The notes under the pieces were generated by a model. That model made no database searches, was not told the origin of the DNA, and saw only the letters and a list, made by a program, of their open reading frames with translations. A DNA stretch of 64,000 bases. It comes from Lama glama (taxonomy: Eukaryota). The position numbers and the translations under genes were made by a program. The stretch lies in assembly GCA_028534125.1 (NCBI GenBank), contig CM052816.1, positions 79,362,001 through 79,426,000 of the forward strand, written 5' to 3'. Position 1 is the first letter of the stretch; every line of letters starts with the position of its first letter. This document shows, piece by piece, positions 25,240-37,206 of this stretch.

Positions 25240-27600
25240 AGAAAAAACTGTATAGATGACAATCTCTGACCTCTGTGTAATAAAACTAGAAATCAATTTA
25301 AATTTTAAAAATTAAAAACATTCTCTTTGACACTTGGATTAAAGAAAAATTAAAACTATAAAATATCTGTAAATAATAAATTTATTAAAATGAAACACGT
25401 TAAAACAATAGATTTGTTAAAAATACAGGATGGGATCAAACTATATTCAGAGGAAAATTCATAGGGCTTTAGCCTAACATGCTTGATCTAAAATTAAAAA
25501 AGAAGGAAAATAAATGAATTAAGCATTAAAATAGGAAAAAAAAACCTTAAAATAATCAAAAAGAACAAGGAGGAAGAAACGCATTACACTGAAAATTGAT
25601 AAATTAGAGAGCAGAACTATGGAGATACTTTTTATTGATGTATTTCTAGAATTTATCCATACTAATCATTATGAAATTGCTACTAGTTCTGAACAATGGT
25701 GAAGATTATTAAGTATCAATTTTGTAACACAAGAGGAAAGAAGGTAACAACAGATTTTAAGGAGGCTTAACAATCCTTAAGGAAATAAAATGTACGACTC
25801 TACTATGATAAATCTGAATTTATTAATGTATGGTAAAAATGATATTTTAAAAATGAACAAATGATTAAAATAAATTTAAATGGAATATCTGAAAAGATTA
25901 AAGCCATGAAAGACATGAAAATGTTGTCAAAGAACTATACCTAGGAAACTTGAAGACACTGATGGTTAACAGAAAAATTTTCATTGCTTAATTAAACAGA
26001 GAATTTACATGTTGCACAAAGTCTTCTGAAACATGGAAGAAGATAGGAAGCTTTCCAGTTCACTTGGCAAGACTAACATAACGCTGACGCCAAAAAGGTG
26101 TCAAAGGTAACTGACAAAAACAGCATCCAAAAAGAAAACAAAAAGCCATTCTCATTTGGAATATATTGCAAGAATTATGCACACAATACTGATAAAATCA
26201 GTACTCTATTATGAGCCAATAATGAGATTAATTGACATTTTCTACACACTCACTCTATTCCATATACTGTTGTTTCCATGAATTATCTCACATGCTTCTT
26301 ATGCAATTCTTATGCAAGTATTATTATCATCCCAATTTTGCAGAAGAAAAACCTGAGAATTATAGAAGCTAAGTTACTTTTCCATGGTCACAATAAATAG
26401 TAATGCAGAGCCTAGATGAGAACCCAGGCAGGTAGATTCCAGAACATGTGCTCATAACCTCTATACGACATTGAAGTTGTCTCACTATGACAGAGTAAGA
26501 GTTATTTCATGAATACAAGGAAAGTTAAATATTAGAAAACCTATTATTATATCACATTAATAGGTTAAAATTAAAAAATGAAAACATATGATCATTTTGA
26601 CCAATTCAAAATTCATTTCTGATGAGGAAAAAAACTTAAACGAAACAAAACAAACCTCTTAATGTGCTATGAATTGAAGATGACTTCCCTAATATTTCCC
26701 ATATCTTACTAATATGTAATGCCGAACCATTTTTTTCCATTAAAGGCAGGATAAGAAGAAGATGCTCATCATTAACATTAATGATTCTGGAAGTTGTAAC
26801 CAATGCAAATAAGATAAAGAAAGAAACAGCATTGTTTCTAGGAGTAACAGGCTGCCGTAGAGTTCAGCTCTGGTGCAGAGGCAGCTGCTGTAACCTGAAC
26901 TTTACAGCGCTCCAGGGTGGCGGCAGTGGGGACAGTTCTCTTGTCAGACTTCGCTGTGATGGTTCTGATCATTTTCCCTGGGAGGCTACCCTTGAGCCTA
27001 GTTCTTGAACACACCTACTGATTTACTGAGCTACTCAACATATTTTGAATATTTTTTTTCTGCTTACTCATCATGAGTCCACTTTTTTTGCTTGCAATTA
27101 AAAACTTTGACAAAATCATTGTCATTGACAAGAAATATAGAGAGATTATGCATAGACAGCCTCATAAGTCTACTGAGGAGTGTAAGAAAAATGATTTGAA
27201 TAAAGGGGAAGTTAAAAAGTTCCAAAATTTCAAGCCATTTCATTCTTCCTCAAATTAATCTCATTTAATATAATGAAGCAAAAGTGCTAGTGCCACTTTT
27301 TTTTTTCCCTTGCAGGGAGATAGCACAAATGGTTCTAAAACTGAAGCAGAAGAACAAATGTAGTGAGTGCAAATATTCACTTAAAAACTTAAAAAGGAAA
27401 GTAATAAGGGAATGTTGCCTTACCAGACATTAAAGTACTTGATAAGAACACAGTAATGAAAAGAAAGAGCTGCAAAAACAGTGCATTCAGTGCACAAAAA
27501 AATAAATTCTAGAAACAGATCCAAGTATGTGTAAGAATTTAGTGCCTAATAAGGTTGTTTCACATTAGCAGATAAAGAATAGATTGTTTTGCAGCTGGTA
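25240..27600 (+). mobile_element. Old degraded L1 (L1ME-like) ORF2 fragments with a nested MIR at about 26230-26460
   Basis: A-rich L1 ORF2 remnants (ttcagaggaaaattcatag, ttctggaagttgtaaccaatgcaaataaga, cttaccagacattaaa, ctagaaacagatccaagtat); MIR core attatcatcccaattttgcagaagaaaaacctgag. Confidence 0.65.
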
Positions 27601-30600
27601 TTGTCTGGTCTGGTGCCAGAATTTCTGATATGTCAACACAAGAGATAAAGAAATGGTTTTTGAAATAAATAAACAAATAAAACCATATTCATAATAGGTT
27701 TTTCTTTTAAATTGGTAGAATTTGTTAGCATATGCATATAATTGTATCTGTCACTTCTATACACCCTACCCTTTAACTGCAAAATTTATTGTTTTAGTTT
27801 AATGCGTTTGGTTTTTAACAATTCTGCATAATACATGCAATGCTGAAAATTAGGTAAATATGAAGTTGATTTGCATAATTATTGATTGCATTATAATTAA
27901 CTATTTGCTTCTGCTTTCATTCACTGGAATTGTTTAAACATCTAATTAGACAAATGGTAATTATTTTATGTAACGTGACCAATTAGAAAGTAACCAGAGA
28001 AATTATGCTATTTTAAAATTAAAAAGGCTATGAGCCACAGGCCAAGGTTAAATGGAAAGTTTCCAATGTTCTAATGATTTTGTGCTGTGCAGTCATTTAA
28101 TCCATCCTGAAGGAAACAGTCTGGGACTTAAATCAGGTGACCTGGGTTCCGGTAAGAGTTCTCCTATTTACTCATTTTGTACCCTTGTCAATTCCTTCAT
28201 CTTTGTATGATAATATTACCGATCTCATGGGGTTGTTATAAAGATTGAAATGCCTGTGTGGGTGGCCAATGTGACCGCTGACTTTAAATGCTTACTAGCA
28301 GTTCTCAGGCTGCTGCTGGAGCACATCACAGCGCTCTACAGGAGGGGTGACGGCCTCCACACATCTGCCTAACAGGGGAAACCACATTCGGCTTGCACCA
28401 AAATCAGAAAGGCATGCTTCCTCACAAAGGTGTCAGAACGGAGCCCCCTTCTATCACTGGCTTAGTCGTAGAATGCGGCCAAACACAATGGGACAATGTT
28501 GACCATGAAAAGAACTTAATGCTTAGCTTAGGAAAATGACCGAGGCCTGACCCATGGAGAAGAGTAGATCAAGGATTTGGCAGAACACACTTTACAGAAT
28601 CACCTTAAAGGTACAGCTGGGAAATTCCTCATCAAGACAGAAAATAAATAGTAAGGGAAGGGTAACACATTAGGTTGGAACAAGAACATGGTGAGGCAAA
28701 AGGAGGTCAGGAGAACTGGAAAAAGAGGGAAATTAGACCAGAATAAAGGTGACTACTTTAATGACAACGAGCTAAAGTGATTTTACTCCTTTGTTAGTGA
28801 AGAGGAACCAGATCCCTAATTTACATGCTTGTTATATAAAATTACATTAATTATATGATAAAATGATATAAAATTATAAAATAAAATATATAATTCTTAC
28901 TCCTTCAGGTATGGTTATAAACAGACATCTGACTATTAGTGTCAAGACTCTGATGCCCAGAGTGGGCAACACTAGGTGAGTACCATCTGGTCCAAACTGT
29001 TGCTTTAGTGAGACACTTTTTCTATGTGGATGTGCTCCATGATACTAGCACTTGACTAATGTAAAGTGTCATGCATCTATAACAAATAATTGTTATCTCT
29101 TTAATATTAAAATGCCATCTGTGTGCATTTTTGAAAAGGCATAAGTCCAAGACTCAAGACCCACTAACCCCTAGAGAGTCCACCTCTCCTTGTGAACTCT
29201 TGTCGACCCACACACAGAGACCATGAAGCACAATAGAGAGTGAACAGCCTCTGCCCTCGGTCACAACCTGTTTCCCAAGACTGTTTTTATTCATTTACCT
29301 ACACTGAATTTTCCAGAAACTGAACCCAGAATCCCTGGGACCATGGTATCCACCTATTCTTCCTGTCTTCACAGTTTACATAAACCTAACACTCTGCTTT
29401 CTGGGCTGGATCCAATATACTCACATGCTTCCCTATATCATGTTGCAGGTACCTCAGGGTTACCTAGGCTTCTGATTCTGGTTCCTTTCAGCCTGTCATA
29501 TCCTTGTTTCCTATGGCCCAGTGTGTCAGTTTCCTTGGTTCCCTTGTTAGTAACCATGGCTAAAAACATCATGAGCATTTACAGACAGCATCTACTTGGA
29601 AATAGTGTACTTGAATGTGGGCTGATGTGCACACTTCAAGGGCAAGCCTCAGATCTTCCATGTGTTCAGTCCATTAGATTCCTCCTTGACTGTAACACTG
29701 CCCATGTGATTGGATAATGATGCTGGTGAAGCTGCATGGTTTTCCCAACAGATTTTTATTTCTCTCCACATTATTATCCTTGGACCAAAGCAAATGCGCT
29801 TTGTTCTCATTTCTGGCCATTTCTAAAGATCCAGACTGGGAATACAGTTTCCTCATCTACTCTTTTAAAGTATGGGAGGCACGGTTCATTTTGATCAACT
29901 TAGATAAACAGAATCTGGGTCTCGGGAGATATTCATCAGCCCATCAAGTCTGAGTGCCTAACACAACATTCAATAAAAAACAACATTGGTTTATGTCAAT
30001 GATACTTAGCAGTGACATTCAAATGTGGCTTTTGTAGAGTGGCGATACTAATCTGAAAGTGCACATGATCCAGTGTTCGTCCTCTTAGATTGCTAGAATT
30101 TATCAACATCTGCATGGCCTGAAATGCCCCAGATATTCCCAGTTTGGTAGGCTCCCAGTGTCTCACAATTCAATCACGGATGCATTCAGAAAGAGGCAAC
30201 AAATGTTTCTTCTCTTAAGACAAAGAAAGAATCTCCTAGGGAATACATCACATTGTTTTTGACATCTGCTGGTTTCCTTGGGCTTTCCTGAAATGCAATC
30301 TTTTTACTTATATATAAAACCCAACAACAGGCAGATTATCTTGATACAGTGGCCAAAGGACTTAGGGTGATTTTAAGAAACAACTCAGGTAGCAACTCCA
30401 CAAAATAAGGCTATGCCCCTTTTAGAGTATGGCTTACCAAGACATTCAAGCTGCCTTAATTCTGCTCCTAGGATAGCTGGCTTCCTCTTGGTACATCATT
30501 CCGCAGGCAGTGAGGAAGACATGACAGTCTGTGATACCAGAAATGTAACTAAGGCTCGTAGTAGCAGCCTCGGGGGGTTGCTGCAGCCATTACTAACCCT

Positions 30601-30831
30601 CAAATGCCAGCGGACGTTATCCTTGTCTTCATTGTGATGGACTTCTCTTTAACTATTCAAGAATTCCAGGTCAATCAATGCACCAAATTTCTGAACCTCT
30701 GTGAGTGCTCCTCAACTTGCCCAGCTTCTCTTGTAGCACAATTACCACTTGCTCTGTATCTTCTAAGACATTTTTTACCAGGACCCTCCATAAAAAATAC
30801 ATTTTTGCATTGTTACCTAAGATTTGTGTGC

Positions 30832-30834
<3 letters not shown>

Positions 30835-30880
<46 letters not shown>

Positions 30881-30908
30881 AAACTATATATATATATATA
30901 TATATATA
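30835..30908. repeat. (TA)n microsatellite
   Basis: Two TA runs separated by cataaaac. Confidence 0.95.
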
Positions 30909-32044
30909 AAACAGAAAAAAAAGTTTTATGAAATGCTTATCCTTACTACTTGGTGATGTGCTTTATTTTCTATTGCACTACACTGCATTGCATTGTATTT
31001 CTCTTATTTTGTTGTGTTTCCTTTTTTAAAATAAATAATGGTTGTGATCCAAAAGTTAATTTCATAATCTAGTCTCAGTCCACTATTTGAAAAAACAAAC
31101 AAAAAAAAAGGATAATGTATTCAACAAGACCTTAGGAATCCTCAGTTCTGATTACACGTCTTTAAGTACCATCTTGGATTCATCTCTTAAATATCCGCAA
31201 ATAGGAAGAGGAAACTCTTAACTTTATGCTAATCATGACTCAAACTAGAGAGTTACAGAGTAGATATTTATTTATGAAATATATTTTAAAATAACAATTC
31301 TCAGTGCAATTTCTCATAATTGGTAATAACTTGAAGATCCAGCTCACTCACATTTTTAGATCTTATTTGTGTGTTTTTTGAGATTAGTTATGGGTGGCTT
31401 ATTTTATAGTATCTCAGAAAATAGTTTTTGTACAATTCCTACTTATAATTTTTTTCATGATGTAAATCTTTGAAAATGATTATCAATCATTATTATTACT
31501 CAAAATGCAATAACATTTCAGGACTGTTGAAAAACAAACCAACTAATGGCTAAGTTGTATCCAAAGGAAGTTTTCGCAAGTGGGAGATGAGGTGATTTGT
31601 TAACTCAAGCCCGAACACCTTGGGCAGACCTAAATGATGTCTTAATTAGGCACAACTCAATTGCTTAGTTATAATATTCTAATTCGCTGGACAATCTACA
31701 TATTTCTCCTTAAAGTTTTATGGACATACCTAAGGCGATATCTTCAGCAGTTACTGAAAAATTCTGATGATGCAGGTGAGTCTTAGCAAAGACACTCAAA
31801 ATACTTCTTGAACTTACTTTGGTCTACATGCTTGGAATTAAATGAAATCATAAGAAAATACAAAGATGGGGAGAGTATAAGTGTAAGCTCACAGTTCATA
31901 GGATTAGGTCAGTTTTGAGTTAGTACCTTTAAACCAATTGACATCTATTCATATTTCACTATTCAGTTGAAATTCATTCCTTCCAGTGGGCCCCCATCAC
32001 CTCCCATGCTTATCCACAGTTAACATAATGCTCCACATGGTGCT

Positions 32045-32230
32045 CCTCTTCCCCACTAAATTGTGAGCACCAGGAGGGAAGGATCTCTATATTAATCAAC
32101 TTTATATCCTCAGTTCCTAGAACAGTGCTGGCACATAGTAGGTGCTTGATAATCTATTGATTGGATTAATGAATGAATCAATCAGGAGTATAGGCTCAAT
32201 ATATGTGAACTGAAAAAATGAATGAATCCA
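32045..32230 (+). mobile_element. L2 3' end lying within the Gypsy relic
   Basis: ccccactaaattgtgagcaccaggagggaagg...cctagaacagtgctggcacatagtaggtgcttgataa...gaatgaat. Confidence 0.8.
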
Positions 32231-35200
32231 TAGATACTACATTCTAGTAATTTTGATTAAGTACAAAGATGACTTAGCTCCCCAAATAAGACAGACAGAC
32301 ACAACCCAACCCCAAATCTAGGAACAAGATCAGAAAGTGTCATCCTCACAGAGGGAAGTTAGCAAGAATCCACACATCGTGTATGAAATTAGCTAACCCC
32401 GGAAGCATTTCTAGAAGTAACATCTTATAGTATAATTTTGAGAGAGATTCTCCATTAAATCAAGGCATCCTTGTTTTATGGCAGCAAAAAGCATCTCAGT
32501 TAAAATATACTAAATTATAAATAATGTATAAATTAGGACTTTGGAAGAAGTTCTGATTTTAACAGGGTCCAGGGTGTTAAGGAGAAGCCTGTGTGAATGG
32601 ACAGGTAAGGTCTGCTGTGTGGCAAGCTGTTTGTGGCAGGGTTAATTTCATATTCCTAATTGGATATTAGTCTTGTGTCTGCAAAACTAGGTTGATCCAA
32701 CCATGTACCACATGACTGGCAGATAATACAAATACGCTGCAGAAATTCCAGCTGTTTGTGGCAGCTGCCTGGCCTCCTCACTTAGCTTCCAAGCCTTTCA
32801 TCTGAGGCCCCTTGTGTTCCAATACAGCCTAGCTTCCAGCCTGCTGGCTTCATTTATTTTCTAGTCTGGTTCTCCCCAGTCTCAGCTTTGGTTGGCCTAC
32901 CTCTACTTGGCTTGATCCCACCTCTGCCTCTTCTGGTTTCTGGCTTCTTCAGGTAAATTATCTTGACCACCTTAGTTCCATTTCTAAGAACTCAACCCCT
33001 GGCACTCGCTCTCCTGGCTGACCTTCTGTTCGGGTCTGTCTTGTCTCCTAGTAGAGGGAATCAGATATTATAGAAGCACATCTATTACTATGGCAACATG
33101 GAAAGTCTAGTGGCTATATTCAGTTATTGTGCTTGGGGAATTTGTCAGGAAAACACCATACTCCACAGGGAGGTACTGATGGAAAACTTTGCAGTTTTTG
33201 GAGCCAACAGAGGCTCTTTGTCTTCCCTTCCCAGGCTCCTTCTCCCCCAACTATCAAAAAGCCCTGAGGTAAACTGGAGGAACTGCCTAACTTTGTAATG
33301 CAGATTTTAAAATTCTTGACAACCACCCAAGATTCTCAGAAGTGCAAAGGGAGGTGGGATATCTTGCCTGATGGGGAGTTCAGCTCATGTAATCCAGCAG
33401 CCTTCCTGGGCTTCTGGACCACAGTGTGGGACCTGTTTGATGGGCAGGTTCCAGTGGAAAGGACTGATGCTGCCCTATACTGCCTTTGACAAGGAGAAGG
33501 AGAGGAGGGTGCAGTCAGCTGATATGCAACTCATTTCTGCCTTCTCATCCAGGAGCTGTCTTGGAATGAGCTCTGAGTCAGGGCTCTGATTCGAGAAGGC
33601 CTCAGAACAACGTGAAAAGATGAACTGGCCCTGCAGAGTTTGGCAGCCTTTCTAAGTCACCTTACCTTCGATCAGGTCAGAGTATGGTCAGCTACCTGGT
33701 CACACCTTCCTGCCTGACAGTCCGGCCTTCTGCACACCCCTCACTGATGCTGGCAGGGGAGAGGCATCTCCGGGGAGAAGGTATGCCTCGTGCCCCTCTG
33801 TGCCAGACTGCTCTGTCTGGGCCATATCTTATCTATGGCCAGGAAGTGCAAACGTCACCCATGGTAACAAGGGAAAGGCAGATGTTAACACTACGTCATC
33901 TGTCGTGCTCAGTGGAAGACTGTTCTGGCTAGAAGCAGAATTGTGAGTAGCCAATGCCTTTCTATCAGCTGATCCCATGGTTAATTCCCATGGGAAATCT
34001 GAAGAACTCATTCTAATCCAACAATGGCTTTCACTCAGAAGCCTGAACACTTCTGTCCCAGCAGGAGCCTTTCCCTATCTGCCCTGATCTGACATGTTGG
34101 AAACAGACATGTTTCATTCTAGCCTGTCACAAAAGAAGACCCAGGATGAAAAATCCATCTACCTTCATGTTATTTTTGGAGGGAAATTCAAATGGGCCAT
34201 GGTCCATTACTCAGAATGTGACAAAGATCACTGTCAAAGCCTACAGGCCCATGCTGAGGGAGCCTGGCACCTCCTTAGCAATCCAATAACTCCAGTTTCT
34301 AACTAATCCCCATGCTCAGAAAGCTCAACACTTGTGAGCAGTAGCAGGCATTTCCCCCCCCACCCCGAACTCCAGGCTATTGATATTTGTAAGACAGACA
34401 GCCAGAATCACCAGGCTGATCTTCCAGGTTTGATTACTGGGGTAACTGAAACCAAGCCACTCTGAGTTCCTCTGTCCTGAAAACTTACATTTCAGTACTG
34501 CTGAGACTCAATGACAAATCAGATGCAAACAATGGGCAGGGCTTCTCACACTCAAAGCGACTCACTGAGGAAATCAGTGGGAGAGTAGCTTATCTGCCCC
34601 TAGATGACAGGTTCTACTCTCCTCCTAATTTCATTCTCTGTCCCGGCAAGCCGCGTGGCCCTCCGAGGTACTGAACATAGCACCCTGGAGTTACAGCAGC
34701 TGGGCAGCCAGCCCAGGGCTTCTCAAAGCACAACTGCCTGAGTCTAAAACACAGTAAGACTGTAAGGTTTCTGCATTTCTCCGGACCCCCATGTGCCCTT
34801 GGGACAGCATCACACTGGACTTTATATCAGATCTTTCTTCGTGTCATGGCCACGAAACAATTCTGGTGGTGGTGGCCATCCTTATGAACACAGTAATCTT
34901 CATTCCATGGTGGTGGTGGCCATCCTTATGAACATAGTAATCTTCATTCCTTCCAGAGCTCAAAGGATGCTCTGTTTCTCATCAGGGAGGTGGTGGTCTC
35001 CCTGAAGATTACTTCACCTATCTGCTCTCATTGCCCAGTCAGGGACAGTCAGGCTTGGTTAGAATTTCTCTGATGTCACAAAGCATGCAGACGCTATGAC
35101 TTGGTCTACCAATCTTGTCACTGCAAAGTCCACCCAGAATTTTTCCACACAGAATACACTCTCTCATAGTAATGACCACTGCCACTCTGTCTCCTCTGTT

Positions 35201-36846
35201 TCACTGCTAAGGTTGTTACATCAAGACCACCCCAAAATAGCTTAGGAACGGTTCTGACCAATGTATGAAAGACTGCCATTGGTCCAGTATGGAATATGGC
35301 TGACAGACCCTGGGTACCGGACAGAATTGGTGGGGTGGTGGCTCTTTCAGATGGGAGTGTCTTTAATTCTCAGACCAGCACATCTGCCTAACATCAAAAT
35401 TCAAAGACTTTCTTGGACCCGTTCAAGTTCCTTGGGATTACCGACCACACTGTGTTCTTGCTATATTTATTTGCTAAGACATAGCTTTAGTGTTCTGATC
35501 CTCAGAGCTAGCTCCAAAATACCAGATGGGGAGTCTGAGCAATTTATTGAAGAGAAGCTAGACTTAATGCACAGAAGTTGGCTCCTACAGTTGTCAAAGT
35601 AGGTAAAGGATGAACCAGAAAATCAGTGGTAGGAAGCCCATGGGAGACTTGACCATCCTCTGTCTTGTCTGGTCAGGTAAGAGGGAGCCTGGGAGAGGAC
35701 TGAATTCTCCCTAACCTATATGACCTGCAGCAAATAAAAATGAGTGGTGAACATCCTCTCTAGTCTTATTCATATCAGTCATCCAGGCCTCTTCTCTTTG
35801 GCTATGTCCTTCTCCTCTTTCTATTCCACTTCTGTTTGGGTGCCAATTCTTGGGCTTTGCAAACTATTTTTAAATTCTAGTCTAATGCCCTGAACTTGAT
35901 AATGTAATTCAGCTATTCCTATCATAGTTTTCTAATGAACTCAGCTTGTCTTCAATTCCAATAATCTGAAGCCAAATACCCTCCCTATGACCCAAGCTTC
36001 CCTTCCCTTACATAAGACACATACCCCATAGGCGCAGTCCCCGACCTCTGCCAAGCAAATTCCAGCCCTCTGAAGTCCTTGGCCCATAGCAGTTAGAAGA
36101 TAGCCTTGGCAACTATGGGCCTAGGGCAACTGAAGTTTCCTTTGAAAACTAATACACTGATATTTTTCTTTGTAAGTTAGTACCACTATGCTCGATTACC
36201 ATGAATCAGTATTCTAGAGCATAACAGAGATCCCATCGAGGCACAGCCACACAATGTGGTCTGGCCTGAGAAAGTCAGCCAGAGAGCTTTACCATTACAG
36301 GAGGGATTTAGGGAGCTGGAGTCAAAACTCTAAGCAAATGAAGAGAAAAACTGCAGCTATGAAATGCATAAAAGCCAAACTAGGATGGATACGGAAACCT
36401 TCCTTTCAGTACCAAACTTCTTTCTTAGCTCCTATGCTGGAGGCTGATTGTGATTCTTGTCACCTCTCTTGGGGAATGTTTGTATTTCAGCAGATGCCTC
36501 TGATGTCTCCATCCATGTCTTTACCCTCCATGGTAATGTGAAGCATCAGGTACAACAGCAGGTGAAATTTTTAAAGCAGGATGATCTGATAGAAAATCTC
36601 AACTCTTGAGCAACTGCTTACTCTACCTACTTAAAAGTCACATATACTCCTGCATTTCTGAAAAAAAAAGATATAGCCATCATCTCTTCATAGTCAATAG
36701 GTTTAATTAATTAAATTAAGACTTCTTTCTTAGCAGGGCACAAAAGAGGCCATGAAATAAGCAATTTCATTTGAAATTAAGTGCCCCTTACTTCACTAGT
36801 AAGTTCGCACTTTGAGATGTTTTTAAGTGTCCTGAGTAAACACATA

Positions 36847-37206
36847 TGTTACGGACTGAACTGTATCTCTCCAAAATTCATATGTTGAGGCCCTAACCCC
36901 CACTATGATGGTATTTGGATGTGGGTCCTTTGGGAGGTAGTTAGGTTTAGAAGAGTTTTACTAGGGTGGAGCTCCCATATGGATTAGTGTCCTTTGAAGA
37001 AAAAGAAGAGAAACCAAAGTTCTCTCTCCTCTATGAGGGGACATGACAAGAAGGTGACCATCTGCAATTCAGGAAGAGCATCCTCACCAGGAAACCAAAC
37101 TGGCTGGCGCCTTGGTTGTGGATTTCCTAGAACTGTGAGAAATGAATTCCTATTGTTTAAGCCACCCAGTCTACAGTATTTTCTTACGACAGTATGAGCT
37201 AATACA
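36847..37206 (+). mobile_element. MLT1A/B-type MaLR solo LTR
   Basis: TGTTACGGACTGAACTGTATCTCTCCAAAATTCATATGTTGAGGCCCTAACCCC ... ttgtttaagccacccagtctacagtattt...GCTAATACA. Confidence 0.85.

Larger units (their letters stand above)
29343..35665 (+). mobile_element. Decayed Ty3/Gypsy (sushi/chromovirus-like) gag-pol relic, antisense within SPEF2 intron 10, interrupted by about 2 kb of other sequence
   Basis: Ordered motifs: capsid KLHGF...DQSKCALFSFL..SK..DW (29717-29950); SLVGSQCLTIQSRM (30129-30194); protease PLLEYG (30413+); RT GRWD.L...F..CNPAAFLGF...VWDLFD.QV (33298-33489); RNase H LETD...LSQ...HYSECDKD...WHLL (34094-34306); integrase CPWDSITLDFISDLSSCHGHETILVVV (34794-34907); FLGP/FK (35409-35430); chromodomain DGESEQFIEEKLD...PENQW (35525-35660). 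Many stops and frameshifts. Confidence 0.85.

Noticed and set aside
30366..30412. Possible PEG10-like -1 frameshift site between gag and protease (protease is in the -1 frame relative to the knuckle)
   Set aside because: No canonical X XXY YYZ slippery heptamer is visible, and the many indels make frame relations unreliable
32620..32660. AVCGRVNFI as a protease active-site remnant
   Set aside because: The PLLEYG motif at 30413, directly after gag, fits better; this match is weak
33016..33054. Apparent + strand branch point, pyrimidine tract and AG just before the RT domain
   Set aside because: Gypsy pol-like homology (TPGTRSP...VS..RE) continues upstream through it, so it is probably coincidental rather than a coding exon boundary
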